A DNA stretch of 64,000 nucleotides from Camelus dromedarius (GCF_036321535.1 NC_087436.1:6634001-6698000); one strand, 5' to 3'; shown: positions 1 through 12,792, counted from the stretch's first letter. Numbers and translations are program-made. The notes: generated from the letters alone by a model not told the origin.

Positions 1-689
1 AGTTTCCTGGGTGTAAAAGACTAATCCACATGTTACTCTCACTTATCTAGACTTTTCACAGGAAAGTCACAGCTTTATATAAACTGTCATATTCCTAGAA
101 CCAACCATATAACAGAATCATACCTTTGGAAACCTCTCCAGAACCAAACTAGTAAGATAAATCCTTCTCATAGATGACAAACTGTCTCATTGTCACTCTG
201 CTTACTTAAGACAGGGTTTCTGAGTTCTGAAGTTCTGAGTTCTGAAGCCTCTGTGTAGCCAGGAACAGAGCCAGAACTATGCACTATTTCTTAAGGCTAA
301 GGACACAATTTAATCTGGATGGAGGGAGGAGAATTTGCTCTAAGAGCCCTATGATTATTGTTTCCATCTCTTCCTACTAAATGTGGCAGGATAATATTAA
401 CAGATACGTCTGCCAACCAGCATTCTCCTCTCAGTGTTTCTGTGCTTTGCTGGACCCCAAACAAGCAGCTAGGGATTCGGTGCTAGTTGCTTTAAGGAAA
501 CAATGTGACAACAAAGAAAGAGTAAAAAGAAAAAGTCCTTCCTGCCTGGCTTTGCGGTTGCCAAAGGGTTGGCTCTGCAGGAACCAAAAAGACGCCTGGC
601 ATATAATAGCAAGAGATTTGAATAAAACATCTTTTGTAAGAGGACAGCTTTCTACTTGCAGGAAACATTAGAACTCAAGCAAAGAAACC

Positions 690-1365
690 CATGTGCTGTG
701 TTGGGAGTGAAGAGGTTGTGAGTGGTGGAGATAGGAGAGGAGGAGAAGCAGGTGGGTCGACTTCCACTGTCGCAGAAAAGGGGAGTCTGAACCGTGTTCC
801 CCGGTCACATGCCTGCAGAAAAGCAAACCTCCATGGAGCTGCTGGTGAGCTCTGAGAGCAGAAGGAAAGCGCCCAGACTCCTGAGTACAGCCCGGGCGGG
901 CAGCGGGCCCTAGAGAGAGAATGTGCATTCGCGGTGGGAGTAGGTAGGTCCGGGGTGGGGGAGACAGACTCCCAGAGATTTCCTATGCCCGGACTTGGAG
1001 TGAGAGCAAAACAGTATCCCTGTACATCCAAGTGTGCCGTGGAAGAGGAAAGACAGGCGGCCTCCACACCTAAACGGGAGCTTGCAGAAGGGGTCTCTGA
1101 ACTCAGTGGAGGCTTGATGACTGAGTTAGTCAGGTTCCTCCCTGGATGCCTACATACAGAGATGACATTAGGAACCAGAGGCTCCCAACTTGCCACCAAA
1201 AAGTAGACGTTCTCAGATTTAGGTCCAACCCAGCTGGGAAAAGGTGGGATACCAGAAACTGGCAAAGAATATGGTATTACCGATCCTTTGGAATAGGCCA
1301 TTCAAAATCGAACTGAAGATGAGTTACAGAAAAATAAACTTGTGTTTCATCCACACCTGAGCTGA
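690..1365 (+). mobile_element. Possible ancient LTR (MamGyp/ERVL-like)
   Basis: Ends in AATAAACTTGTGTTTCATCCACACCTGAG, which resembles the 3' ends of ancient mammalian LTRs. Boundaries and family uncertain. Confidence 0.3.
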
Positions 1366-2204
1366 CACCCTCACATGGGCACAGGCCATGGATGACTGAG
1401 ATCCTCACTAGGACCCAGACAAGTTTGAAGGAAAACCCAAGCGCCTTGTCAAAGGTAAGAAATCAGGAAGGACACCAGAATTTGGGGAGAAAGATTCAGG
1501 ATCCTATATGTAACACAGTTAGGCTCTGATCGCAAAATTAGAAATCCGAGGGGGGCCAACATAGAAATCCTTAAGGAGACAACGTTATTCTGCTCCCAAA
1601 GGGAGCACTTGGTGTCAATGAGTGGGAGACAGCCCTAACTAAGGCCCCCCACTCTGAATCATATAGAGAAATGCTGCTTCCACTACGAGATCAGTGACCA
1701 CAGACAGAATGGAAGAGGCGCTGTCAGGCCCTGCCTGCTAAATGGGTGACTCTCCAAGGCTGCTGACTGTAGGTGTTCTGAGCTGGAACACTGAGCCAAT
1801 GGAAGACAGCAGATGCCACCAGGGCACCGCCAAGTCTCTGCCACCAGCAGAAATCATCCCACAGACAGAAATGGTGTGGAGGGCTCTCCCTGGGGACTCC
1901 CAGGAGGACAAGATTCTTCTCCCAGGAGCGGGACGCGATATGACAAAAAACAGATGTTGATATCAGTTCACAGTAACCCCAGTGAGGAGGGTTTGCGTCT
2001 GTTCTTTTTCTGAGGAGCCATAAGATTAACTGTTTTCAGTTGCAAAGTTTATATTTACCTGCTGAACCAAAATCAGTGATACACTGATTTGAACCAATAA
2101 GACCACTGTTCAAGTCCTTAGTATTCCTTTTCTCCAAAGGAAAAAAATTCACATTATTCTGAAAAGACTTCCTCAAAATGGATTTTTTGATTATCGCAAA
2201 CAAA

Positions 2205-2645
2205 AATAATCATAAAGAGCATCTACTGCCCATTGCTGTGTGCCAGCCTCTGTGCAAAGGACTTTACATACTTTTAAAAATTGACTTTTTTAAATTGAAG
2301 AATAGTTGATTTCCAATGCTGTGTTACTTTCTGGTGTACAGCACAGTGATTCAGTTACATATATATATTCTTTTTCATTATAGGCTATTCAAAGTATTGA
2401 ATATAGTTTCCTGTGCTACACAGTAGCGCCTTTTTTTTAAAATCTATTTTATATACAGTAGTGTGTGTCTGCTAACCCCAAACTCCTAATTTATCCCTCC
2501 CCGGCCAGTGTTTTACATACTTAATGTTATTTAATCCTCAAAATAATTGTGTCACTGGTGATCTTAACATCCTATTTTATTTAGCAGATAAATAAGTGCT
2601 AGTGAGGTTAAGGAAGTTGCCTCATGGGATTCCAAAGCCGACTCA
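2205..2645 (-). mobile_element. MIR, interrupted by an L1 3' fragment
   Basis: TGTGTGCCAG...TTTACATAC...TTTAATCCTCA...GAGGTTAAGGAAGTTGCC are antisense MIR core motifs. Confidence 0.7.
2274..2502 (-). mobile_element. 5'-truncated L1 3' UTR fragment
   Basis: TTGAAG..TAGTTGATTT..AATG..GTGTTA..TTTCTGGTGTACAGC..GTGATTCAGTTA signature; TSD TTTACATACTT at 2263-2273 and 2512-2522. Confidence 0.9.
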
Positions 2646-2700
2646 CTATGTACTAGAAAGATAGAACCTGACAACTATCTTTAAACCTGTAAGGTTTAAA

Positions 2701-4406
2701 TATTGTGTTAAGATGGTCACACTGCCCAAGGCAATCTATAGATTTAATGTGATCCCTATCAGATTACTGAAGACATTTTTCACAGAATTAGAACAAATAA
2801 TCCTAAAATTTATATGGAATCACAAAAGACCCAGAATTGCCAAAGCAATACTGAAGAAAAAGAAAGAAGCTGGAGGAATAACCCTCCCAGACTTCAGACA
2901 GTACTACAGAGCTACAGTAGTCAACACAGCATGGTATTGGTACAGAAACACACATATGGATTAATGCAACAGAAAAGAGAGCCCAGAAATAAACCCAGAG
3001 ACCTGTGGTCAATTAATCTTTGACAAAGAAGGCAAGAATATACAATGGAGAAAAGACAGTCTCTTTAGCAAATAGTGTTGGGAAAACTGGAGAGCAGCAT
3101 GTAAATCAATGAAGTTAGAACACTCCCTCACACCGTACATGAAAATAAACTCAAAATGGCTTAAAGACTTAAATATAAGACAAGATACAATAAACCTCTT
3201 AGAAGAAAACATAGGCAAAACATTCTCTGACATAAATCTTAGCAATATTCTCTTAGGGCAGTCTTCCCAGGAAAAAGGAATGAGAGCAAAAATAAACAAA
3301 TGGAACTTAATTAAACTTACAAGCTTTTGCACAGCAAAGGAAACCATAAGCAAAACAAAATAACAACCTACGGAATGGGAGAAAATATTTGCAAATGATG
3401 AGGCTGACAAAGGCTTAATTTCCAGAATATATAAACAGCTCATGCAACTTAATAACAAAACAAACAAACAAACAAACAACCCACTCCAAAAATGAGCAGA
3501 AGACCTAAACAGTCTCCAATGAAGACATACGAATGGCCAATAGATGTGAAAAAAATGCTCAATATCGCTGATTATCAGAGAAATGCAAATCAAAACTACA
3601 ATGAAGTATCACCTCACACCAGTCAGAATGGCCATCATTCATAAGTCCATGAATGATAAATGCTGGAAAGGGTGTGGGGAAAATAGAACCCTCCTACACT
3701 GTTGGTGGGAATATAGTTTGATGCAGCCATTATGGAAAATACTCTGGAGAGTCCTCAAAAAACTAAAAATAGACTTACCGTATGACCCAGTAATCCCACC
3801 CCTGGGTATATATCCAGAAGGAACTCTAATTTGAAAAGACACACGCACCCCAACGTTCATAGCAGTATTATTTATAATAGCCAAGACATGGAAACAACCT
3901 AAAGGTCCATCGACAGATGACTGGATAAAGAAGCAGTGGTATATATATACAATGGAATACTACTCAGCCATAAAAAAGAATAAAATAATGCCATTTGCAG
4001 CAATATGGATGGACTTAGAGATTGTCATTCTAAGTGATGTAAGCCAGAAAGAGAAAGAAAAATACTGTATGATATCACTCATATGTGCAATCTTAAAAAA
4101 AAAGAAAGACAAGAAAAAAGGACACTATGAACTCATCTACAAAACAGAAACAGACTCACTGACATAGTAAACAATACTGTGGTTACCAGGGAAAGTGGGT
4201 GGGAAGGGATAAATTTGGGAGTTTGAGATTTACAAATGTTAGCCACTATATATAAAAATAGATTTTAAAAAAAGTTTCCTCTGTATAGCACAGGGAAGTA
4301 TGTTCAATATCTTGTAATAACCTTTAATGAGAAAGAATATGAAAGCAAATATATGTATGTATATGCATGACTGGGACATTGTGCTGCACACCAGAAACTG
4401 ACACAT
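2701..4406 (+). mobile_element. L1 fragment: decayed ORF2 C-terminal part plus 3' UTR
   Basis: Broken frames encode [40 protein letters not shown] (Cys-rich domain) and [10 protein letters not shown], typical of L1 ORF2; stops and frameshifts; followed by the L1 3' UTR. Confidence 0.97.
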
Positions 4407-5089
4407 CTAATAAAAGTGAGAAACCAAAATGCACAGTTATTGAGGAAAAAGCTAGTGCAGCCTGATGGTCTACACATGAAAGCCAAGTTGAAGAAGAATT
4501 CTCCATTTATTCACAATTCAGCCCAATTTGCTCAAAACTCAGAACTATAAGCAAAATTCGACCATAAATAAAAATTCTAGAATATGTTCAGTATTTCCAA
4601 TCCTTCTTCAAAATCTAATAATGTTTGAGAGAAGCTTAAGTGATACCTGTTATCTCCATAAAGCTCTCAATTGCTCCAAGACTAACGCCTGAGAAATTTT
4701 CATTTGTATCCGGAAAACTATTCCTTCTAATCATGTTCTTTGCAGAAGTAGATTTTTTTAAATTAGCAGATACTCTAATACCTTTCTGAGAAGTGTGAAT
4801 GATTACAGACCCAGATTGTGGGACTTCATGAGTTAAACAAAATGCCTTTACAATTTATAAGAAGACAAATTGTATTGTTTAAAATTATATATGTATTATA
4901 AAATCATTTATGTATTATAAATTATTTAAAATTAGTCCTGTATTATAAAATCTGTAGTGTTTAAATTTTTAAACAGTGGATTTTTAAAATTCTCTGGGTA
5001 TCTTTATTTTAGTGGAAGATAATCAGTTACCATTAAGCTGAAATTTTAAATAAGCACTAATACATGTTGCATGCTTATGTAGCATGAGG

Positions 5090-5940
5090 GTTTTATATAC
5101 TTTATATTGATTTATTGTTAAAAAATAAGATACATATTCACAGCATATAATCAAAAGATGAAAAGAATATATGGCAGAAAACTTTCTGGCCACTCAGGAA
5201 ATTCTTAGAAAATTTACACCAGGAAATTCGAGCCTTACAGGGCTACCATTTTCTTGAGTGTTTCTCTTGAGCATTTCTGTGATTACACCAACAAATATAT
5301 CTAGATATGTATTTATATAATATATTACACGTTATAAGTATATATTACATACTTTCCATTCCCTGTTTTGACACAGTGTTCCACAGTTTGCTCCTGCTGA
5401 TTAGCATTGTCTCTTGGTATCCCATTCAACAACATAAATATTTCCTTGTTTTTTATTACAGCATGGTATTTGATTGCATGTGTCCATCAGGACAACCCCT
5501 TCTAGATGGAAATTTAGGGGTTTTTTTCCCCACTCTACTTTTACTGTAACAGTCCTGCAAGAAATATCGGGGAGGGGGAGTAAGTGTAGCTCATCATGCA
5601 TGAGGTCCTGGGTTCAATCCCCACTACCACCATTCATTCATTAATTAAACCTAATCACCCCCGCAAAAGGAATATCTGCGTACAGTTATCAGTTTGTTCA
5701 TTTCTAAGTACATCTGTTCCATAAATTCCAGCCAGAGGAATTGCTGGTCAGAGGTACGCGCATGCATTTGATAGGTATTGCCAAGCTGCTTTTTGTGGTG
5801 GTTGTATCCACTGACACCCCGCACCAAGCAGCGTATGAGAGTTCCTGTCTCCACCAGACCCTCAGCACCAAACGTATTATTAAGCTTTTTGATCTTTGCC
5901 AATCAGATAGGAAGAAAGCACCTTACTTGTGCTTTAGATG
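5090..5940 (-). mobile_element. Old L1M (L1ME-like) fragment interrupted by a SINE
   Basis: ATAAATTCC..GAGGAATTGCTGGTCAGAGG..TGCCAA..GAGTTCCTGT..TTTGCCAATC are antisense L1M 3' motifs. Confidence 0.7.
5569..5666 (+). mobile_element. tRNA-derived SINE (Vic-1-like) with internal deletion
   Basis: TAGCTCA joined directly to TCATGCATGAGGTCCTGGGTTCAATCCCC; CCTAATCACCCCC tail; TSD AAGAAATATC 5559-5568 / AAGGAATATC 5667-5676. Confidence 0.88.
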
Positions 5941-5949
5941 GGTTTTCTT

Positions 5950-6250
5950 ATTAATCCCCATAACAGTAAGTCCTGTTTTATATATGAGGAAATTAAGGTT
6001 TGCAGAAGTTGGGTTACTTGCCCCAAGTTACTCAGATTGGGGGTGGTATAGCTCAGTGGTAGAGCACGTATTTAGCACACAGGTTCAATCCCTGGTACCT
6101 ATATTTAATAAATAAATAAACTTAATGATCCCCCAAAAAAATACAAAAAAAGAAAAGAAAAGAAAAAAGTTACTCAGCTAAAATGTGGAAGAATCAAGAT
6201 TAAACTCACTCTCATCTGCGTCTTGAACAAAACTCCTAACCATTACATCA
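5950..6250 (-). mobile_element. MIR split by a SINE
   Basis: TTAATCCCCATAAC..ATGAGGAAATTAAGG..TTACTTGCCCCAAGTTACTCAG, resuming after the SINE. Confidence 0.7.
6039..6166 (+). mobile_element. tRNA-derived SINE (Vic-1-like)
   Basis: A box TAGCTCAGTGG, B box GGTTCAATCC, A-rich tail; TSD AAGTTACTCAG at 6025-6035 and 6167-6177. Confidence 0.92.
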
Positions 6251-7109
6251 TACAGTATTTCCATTAAGGAACACAGCCAAATAGCCTTGAAACAAATGAC
6301 ATTTCTCATAATTATTTTTGATGACTCAGAACTTAATTCCAAAGCTACAGCAGGATTTTGCAGCATCTTAGTGTCAGCATTATTAATATAATTATCACTG
6401 AACAATGGACATGTGTCCTAGTTTAAAAAGCATCCTTGTAGACAGATGCCAGTAGACCAATTTAATGGTCTCTTATGACGTCACCAATGCTGAAAAATTT
6501 CATCTCATCCCCCAGAATGTCAGCTCTCCTAATCCACACCCAGTGTCCTGGTTTCACAGCTAGTTGAGCACTGAGGGATGAACTTAATTGAAATGAAACC
6601 TCGTTAGGTCTCGAATGCTGGTATCACGAGAACACGCTGGAAATCTAAAAGGCAGCACGAGGATTCCCAGCACCTTCCCTCCCCACAGTTCACTGTGGTT
6701 TGTCAAAGTCAAGTGCGGGTCTTCCTAGCAGGCTGATGGGGTAAGTCTGCAAAACAAACAACCCAAACACACATGACTGTTCCCTGCCACCTCCGGACAC
6801 TATTGGAGAGACTGTGCGTGGGATGGAGGAGCTGACTATGTGAGAATCAGGTGCTCCAGCACTCCACGCTGCAATTTGGAGACATTGCATGTGCCTGTAC
6901 TGGGTGTGGGCTTTCTGCTTGTTACAGGTTTGACTTGTTCGCAGCTCTTCGTGGCATGTGTGAGGTCTCTGCCTGCCAGGAGAGATTTCACAAAGAGAAA
7001 ACACTGCTGCCTCGACCTCAGTTCACAAGCATGAAAGTCTGCCCCAGAATCTCCTGATTTCCCCATTTCTTTCCCCTTCTCCATTTCACATCAATGGAGA
7101 AGACATGGA

Positions 7110-7760
7110 AAATCCAAAAAACAGGGTGGGGACCTGAAAAAACAAAAAAGTTGGACATATATCTCACCTCCTGCGCCAAAATGAATTACAGATGGATATA
7201 AGATTTAAATGTAAAAAAAAAATTGTGATAAAAACATTATCTCAGATGAGAGAGGATGCTATGGTGTGATACAAAACTCAGAACCCCTAAAAGAAAATAC
7301 GAATGAAATAGACTTCCAATTTTTAAAAAATTCGGCATAGAAAAACCCACCACAAATAAGGTCAAAGACAATTGACAAACTGGGAAAATATTTATTCCAA
7401 TTCATATCAAAGTCCAAGTACTCATTTCTATTGTGGATAAAGAGCATCGACAAATAAACGAGAAAAAAACCCAACATCCTTAGAAAAGTGGACAGAAAAT
7501 ATGAGCTTAAGAGTTTTCGGAAATGGAAATACAAGTGGTTCTTAAACTGATGCTCAAACTCTTACACAAGAAAAGAAATGCATGTTAAAGTACACCATGA
7601 CTGTCAAAAATTCAAATGTTGTTAAGTTTGATTTGGCCAGGCTACAAGGGAATCATGTAAGTGCCTATGTGATGAGTGAAAGTAACTGGGTCTTATTTTC
7701 ATATTTATCACAACACAAATGCTGATGCTCTTGGACCTGTCAGTCCTACGTCTAGGGGAA
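7110..7760 (+). mobile_element. Old L1M ORF2 3' fragment
   Basis: ATCTCAC..AAAATGAATT..AGATGGAT..AGATTTAAATGTAAA..ACAAACTGGGAAAATATT motifs. Confidence 0.75.
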
Positions 7761-8049
7761 TATAATCCTATAGAGGGGAGTCAGGAAAGGACTTGACAGA
7801 AAGGCAGAGCCTGAAGGTGGTGAGGGAGGGAGCAGTCTGATTTGGTGGGAAGGGTGAGAACATCACAGGCATAGCACCAAATGCTAAGGTGCCTGGAGAG
7901 AGGACAAGGCTTGTGGCACAACAGGAGGAGGGCCAGTGTGGGCAGAGAGGGGACTGGAGTGGGTAGGACATGGTGAGGAGATGGCAGAGACGTTTGGCTG
8001 GAGCAGGACATGGAGGGAGAGTCTTACAGGTCATTTCAAAGACCCCAGC

Positions 8050-8173
8050 TTTTTTGGGAGGGCAGTAATTAGATTTATTTATTTTTATTTTTTAATGGAG
8101 GTGCTGGGGATTGAACCCAGGACCTCGTGCATGCTAGGCATGCACTTTACCACTGAGCTGTACCCTCCTACCC
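8050..8173 (-). mobile_element. tRNA-derived SINE (Vic-1-like)
   Basis: GGGGATTGAACCCAGGACCTCGTGCATGCTAGGCATGCAC..CCACTGAGCT..ACCCTCC with antisense tail GTAATTAG. Confidence 0.92.
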
Positions 8174-8276
8174 AAATGCTCAACTTTGATTGTAAAGAAA
8201 TGAGAAAATCAGTGAGATTTTCTGAGCAGCAGAGTGATGTGATGTGACTTAACCAACATTTTTAAAAGCTCACTCT

Positions 8277-8422
8277 AGGGAACTAATTCAATATCTTGTA
8301 ATAAGCTCTAATGGAAAAGAATATGCAAAGAAATATACATATATGTATAGCTGAATCACTATGCTGCACACCAGAAATGAACACAACATTGTAAATTGAC
8401 TATACTTCAATTAGAAAAAAAT
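8277..8422 (+). mobile_element. Short L1 3' end
   Basis: AGGGAACT..TTCAATATCTTGTAATAA..CTGAATCACTATGCTG..ACCAGAAA..GACTATACTTCAAT followed by an A tail. Confidence 0.88.
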
Positions 8423-8597
8423 AAGAAATGAGAGCTTAGGAAGAGAGCTATGAGATCAGTAAGTAAAAAAATCAATTTTATTTGTATATACCCTCAAGAG
8501 TTAGGAAGTGTAATTTGAAAAGGTGACAGTGTTCATAACAGCAATGAAAATCATATGATATGTGAGAATAACCTAATAAAAAATAGGCAAGTCATGC

Positions 8598-8681
8598 AGA
8601 AAGAAAGGAAGGAAGGGAGGAATGAAGGAAGGAAGGGAGAGAGAGAGAAAGAAAGAAAGAAAAAGAAAGGAAGGAAGAAAG

Positions 8682-8776
<95 letters not shown>

Positions 8777-8808
8777 GGAAGGAAGGAAGAGAAAGAAAGA
8801 AAGAAAAG
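8598..8808 (+). repeat. (GAAA)n/(GGAA)n microsatellite
   Basis: Long pure GAAA run with GGAA/GA variants at the flanks. Confidence 0.98.
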
Positions 8809-8898
8809 CTTATGCTAGCTGCTGTGCTAAGAACAAGGGAGGGGGTCAGAGAGCAGTCAGGAGGCAAGAGGTGACAATGGGCTGAATCAAGATGACAG

Positions 8899-9563
8899 TA
8901 TAGAGATTCCTTAAAAAACTGAACATAGACTTACCCTATGACCCAGCAGTCCCACTCCTGGGCATGTATCCAGATAAAACTATAATTTGAAAAGACACAT
9001 GCAACCCAATGTTCACAGCAGCACTACATACAATAGCCAAGACATGGAAACATGCTAAATGTCCACTGACAGATGACTGGATAAAGAAGTTCTAGGATAT
9101 TTATACAATGGAATACTACTCAGCCATTAAAAAGAATGAAATAATGCCATTTGCAGCACCATGGATGGACCTAGATATTATCATACTAAGTGAAGTCAAA
9201 GAAAGGCAAATATCATATGATATCACTTATATGTGGAATCTAAAAAAAGATACAAATTCTGTTTACAAACCAAAAATAGACTCACAGACATATAAAACAA
9301 ACTATGGTTACCAAAAGGGAAAGGGAAGGAGGGATAAATTAGGGGTTGGGAATTAACAGACACACATTTTATAAAATAGATGAACAAAGACCTACTGTAT
9401 AGCACAGAGAACTATATTCAATTTCTTGTAATAACTTATAATGGAAAAGAATATGAAAATGAATGTACGTATGTATATGTATAACTGAATCGCTTTGCTG
9501 TACACCTGAAACTAACATTGTAAATCAAGTACACTTCAATAAAAAATAAAATAAAATGTAAAA
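8899..9563 (+). mobile_element. 5'-truncated L1 (ORF2 end plus 3' UTR)
   Basis: [17 protein letters not shown] frame, 3' UTR and A-rich tail; TSD AAGATGACAG at 8889-8898 and 9564-9573. Confidence 0.95.
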
Positions 9564-10189
9564 AAGATGACAGCAGTAGAGGCAAAAGTAAATACGCAGA
9601 CTAGGGGTATATTTTGAAGATAGAGTCCCTTGGAATTGCTGACAGAGTCTATTTGGGGTAGAGAGAAAGGGTCTAGAATGATCCTAAGATTATGAACCCC
9701 AGGCTGGAAAGACAGCTTGTCATCCGCAGAGATGAAGCCCAAGGGAGGAGTGGATGGGGAAGGAGGTCCGCATGGAGTCCCGGGCAGCAGCACCTGGAGA
9801 TGCTCAGAGACACTCACCTGGGAACGTCAGCTGGGCGCTGGCGGTATGAACTTGGGTCTGGGGGAGACCCGCACGGCGCTAAAGCGAGGAAGTCGGCATG
9901 TGTGAATCGGTGATGAGAGCCTGAACTGGGTGAGATGGTCAGGGAGGAGGGGTGGAGGACGACTCTCCAGAGCTCCCACCTTGAGAGGTTCAGACTGTCA
10001 CGAGAAGCCAGAAAAAGAGATGGTGGAAGAGCGACAGGCGAGGTAAATGGGGACCCCAAGTGTGGAATCCGGGCAGCCAAAGAAGTGGGGGTGCCAGGGA
10101 GAGTGAAGGGGTCATGGCCGCAGGAAAAGGAGGGCTGAGAATGAGCCACCGCCTTAGGGACAACGACCTCAGTCGTCAAGAAGCCTGAC

Positions 10190-10704
10190 GGGGCGTGTAG
10201 CTCAGGGGTGGAGTGCGTGCTTGGCATGCGTGAGGTCTGGGTTCAGTCCTCAGTGCCTCCGTTAAATAAAATAAAGTAAATAAAATAATGATTTGGCTTT
10301 GCAGCTGTATCCCTTTGCTTAACACATTTCCCCCTTCTGCTAAATTAAAAAAAAAAAATACTTAAATAAGATTTTATTCTTGATAAGAAAAACATGCAAA
10401 TAATTCTGAAAAACATACCATACTCCTAAAACGATTCCTGAACGCCCAGCCACGTCCATCCAGGCCAGAGTTACTGCCTGCGGACGCACTTACCGCTCCT
10501 CTGAAAACTCAGTCTCTCATCACTGACACCATCAAGGTAAAAAATAAGTAAGGAGGAGGTGGTATAGCTCAGTATAGACTATGTGCTTAGCATTCACGGG
10601 GTCCTGGATTCAATCCCCAGTACTTCCTCTAAAAAATAAATAACGTAAATAAATAAATAAACCTAATTACCAAACAAACAAAAACAAAATTAAATTAAAA
10701 AAAA
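10190..10704 (+). mobile_element. Composite SINE-spacer-SINE, copy A
   Basis: SINE monomer about 10190-10290, non-SINE spacer about 10290-10551, second monomer 10552-10704. The spacer is homologous to the reverse complement of 30678-30910. Confidence 0.88.
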
Positions 10705-10734
10705 GGGAGTGTGAGTGACCACACACACAGCCTT

Positions 10735-11342
10735 AGACAGGAGGACCATGAACGTGAGACCCCCACGATGCAAGACAGCAGGGAACTGAGCCTCAATTTA
10801 CAGGAAATATAGGAGAGAAAAAGGAACATGTTGGACAAAACCATGAGGATTCAGGCAGCCAAATCCAGAATGTGGAGACGTCTACAGGAAAAATGACCTT
10901 TGTAAAAACAAAACAAAACAAAACCCCTCTCCCCCAGAGTAAAACACGTAAGTGGCATGAAAAAAGCGGGGAGAGACACTGTTAGAGATGGAAAACTGCC
11001 TCTAAATGCAATGTGTTTAGAGCCTGGTTGGAGCAAATCTATTGTAAAAAAAGATCTTTGCGAGACAATCTAGGAACTTTAAACCCTGATTATGTATTTA
11101 GACTTGCAGGACGATACTGGTATGCGACGGGTATTTTCTACAGTCCTTATCTGTTAGCGGTGCCTGCTGGCATGTTCACAGGTGAAATGCTGTGAGGTCT
11201 GGAATTTGCTTTAAGACACTCCAGAAGACTTAGAAAAGAAGGGTGCGTGAAATCAGACTGACAAAATGATACACAGAGTTCATTATACTGTCTCTCTACC
11301 TTTGTGTATGCTTGAAATTTTTCAAAATAATTTAAAAAAATA
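10735..11342 (+). mobile_element. L1MC/L1MD-like 3' UTR fragment
   Basis: AATTTACAGGAAATA..CAGCCAAATCCAGAATGTGG..GTTCATTATACTGTCTCTCTAC..TTTGTGTATGCTTGAAATTTTTCA..A-tail. Confidence 0.75.
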
Positions 11343-12249
11343 AGAAGACAAAAGCTAAGTTCAAGAAATAGAGATACCCTTTTCAGGCTTTTTGCCATTT
11401 AAACATGAACAGAGAGGTGACATGAAAGCCATCAGGCAAGGGAGCTGGCTGGGAAAGGGTTTTAAAATTCTTCAGGGTGGGAGAAGTAGAAGAATATTTG
11501 TACGCCATGAGAAAGACCACCAGGTCGTCTGCATCTAACATGCTCCCTGCTTAAAAGACCAAGTCTGTGACATTTAGGCAGCAGACATCCTTTTTATTTT
11601 GGATTTTTTCTTCTTTTTTTGGTTTTGTTTTTTGTTAGATTTTTTTTTTTAATTTTTCTTTCTTTTTAGCAGACATTCTTTTTAAAAGAAAATTTTAAAT
11701 TATCTTTGCTATTCAATGGAAATAGCGTTTCAGGAACCCTCACATGAAGAAAACCTTTTGCATTTTTCTCAAAGCCTGAGGAAATCAGAAGCATCTATCT
11801 ATCTCCTCGGGCTCTCTGAGTGAATCCACACTGGGGCAATTTGCTTAATATCCAGGTCATTTTGTTTCTTACGTTAAAAAAAAAATCAGACAGCTTGTCA
11901 AATTTCTCATGTGGTATAACCAAGCCACAATATGTCATCTATTTCTAAGGAACTGTAATTCTTTTGAATCTTATCCTGGAATGCCCACCCCCTCCTCCAA
12001 CTCCAAGTCTTCCTGCTGGATTTCTAGCTGATGAATCAAGGCTTTCGTTCATTCATTTATTTAACACATATTTCTTTCCTTAGCAACTATGCCAGCATAG
12101 CTTTGTGTTACGCACTGAGGAGGTTGTAAAGCCAGTCTGTTTCCAGTCTTGTGCAAGTTTACAGTCCATTCCAGACGTCAAGAGAAAAAGAAGGAAGGAA
12201 GGAAGCAAGAGAGGGAGGGAGGAGAAAAAGAAAGAATGCATTTAAAGTG

Positions 12250-12680
12250 GCCAAAAGAGATGTGTTATCTTACATTCAAAAAGCAGCAGTGAAACCCATG
12301 AAACAAAACCCAGAAAACGTCATCGTGGGACATGAAACAAGGCTTGCCTAAATGAACAGACTCGCTGAGTTCCCAGATTGGGAGACTCCGTATTGGGACA
12401 ATATCAAATATGCCCAAATTAATCTAAAATTCAGTGCCCTTCAATAAACAGCCTAACCTAGAGTTTCAGAAATTTGACAAGTTGATCATAAAAATGACTG
12501 AGAAAGGTAAATATGAGCCAAAAAAAAAAAAACTTTTTAAGAGAAGAAGAGTCAGGAGGAACTTGCACTGGCGAGAAATCAAAATATCCTCTAAGTCTAT
12601 AATAATTAGTGTCATATTTGACTGGGCAGGAAAAAACTAGTATGTAGAAGAGAATAGAAAGTCTATTAAAAACAATCAGG
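12250..12680 (+). mobile_element. Old L1M ORF2 fragment
   Basis: CCTAAATGAA..GATTGGGAGACTC..CCCAAATTAATCT..AATTTGACAAGTTGAT..AAAAT motifs. Confidence 0.7.
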
Positions 12681-12681
12681 T

Positions 12682-12792
12682 AGTAACCTTTAATGAAAAA
12701 GAACATGAAAATGAATATATGTATGTACATGGACACCGTGCTGTACACCAGAAATTGACACATTATACCTGACAGTACTTCATTTAAAAAAA
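12682..12792 (+). mobile_element. Short L1 3' end
   Basis: AACCTTTAATGAAAAAGAA..TGAAAATGAATATATGTATG..GCTGTACACCAGAAATTGACACATT. Confidence 0.88.

Larger units (their letters stand above)
7775..10180 (-). mobile_element. L2 element fragmented by nested insertions (pieces about 7775-8275, 8815-8898, 9564-10180; probably resumes near 11370-11520)
   Basis: Purine-rich antisense L2 motifs (GTCAGGAAAGG.., GAGCAGAGAGTGATGTGATGTGACTT, GTATATTTTGAAGATAGAG..GAATTGCTGA) continue across the insertions. Confidence 0.7.

Noticed and set aside
2713..4167. Several 70-190 aa ORFs on both strands
   Set aside because: Broken frames and antisense shadows of a decayed L1 ORF2, not host genes.
6690..7004. Minus-strand ORF containing PISLLGRP, faintly like a retroviral protease LLGRD motif
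   Set aside because: No DTG/DSG active-site motif or flanking gag/pol remnants seen; the similarity is too short to support.
8555..8885. Lys/Glu/Arg-rich and Phe/Leu/Ser-rich ORFs
   Set aside because: Translations of the (GAAA)n microsatellite.
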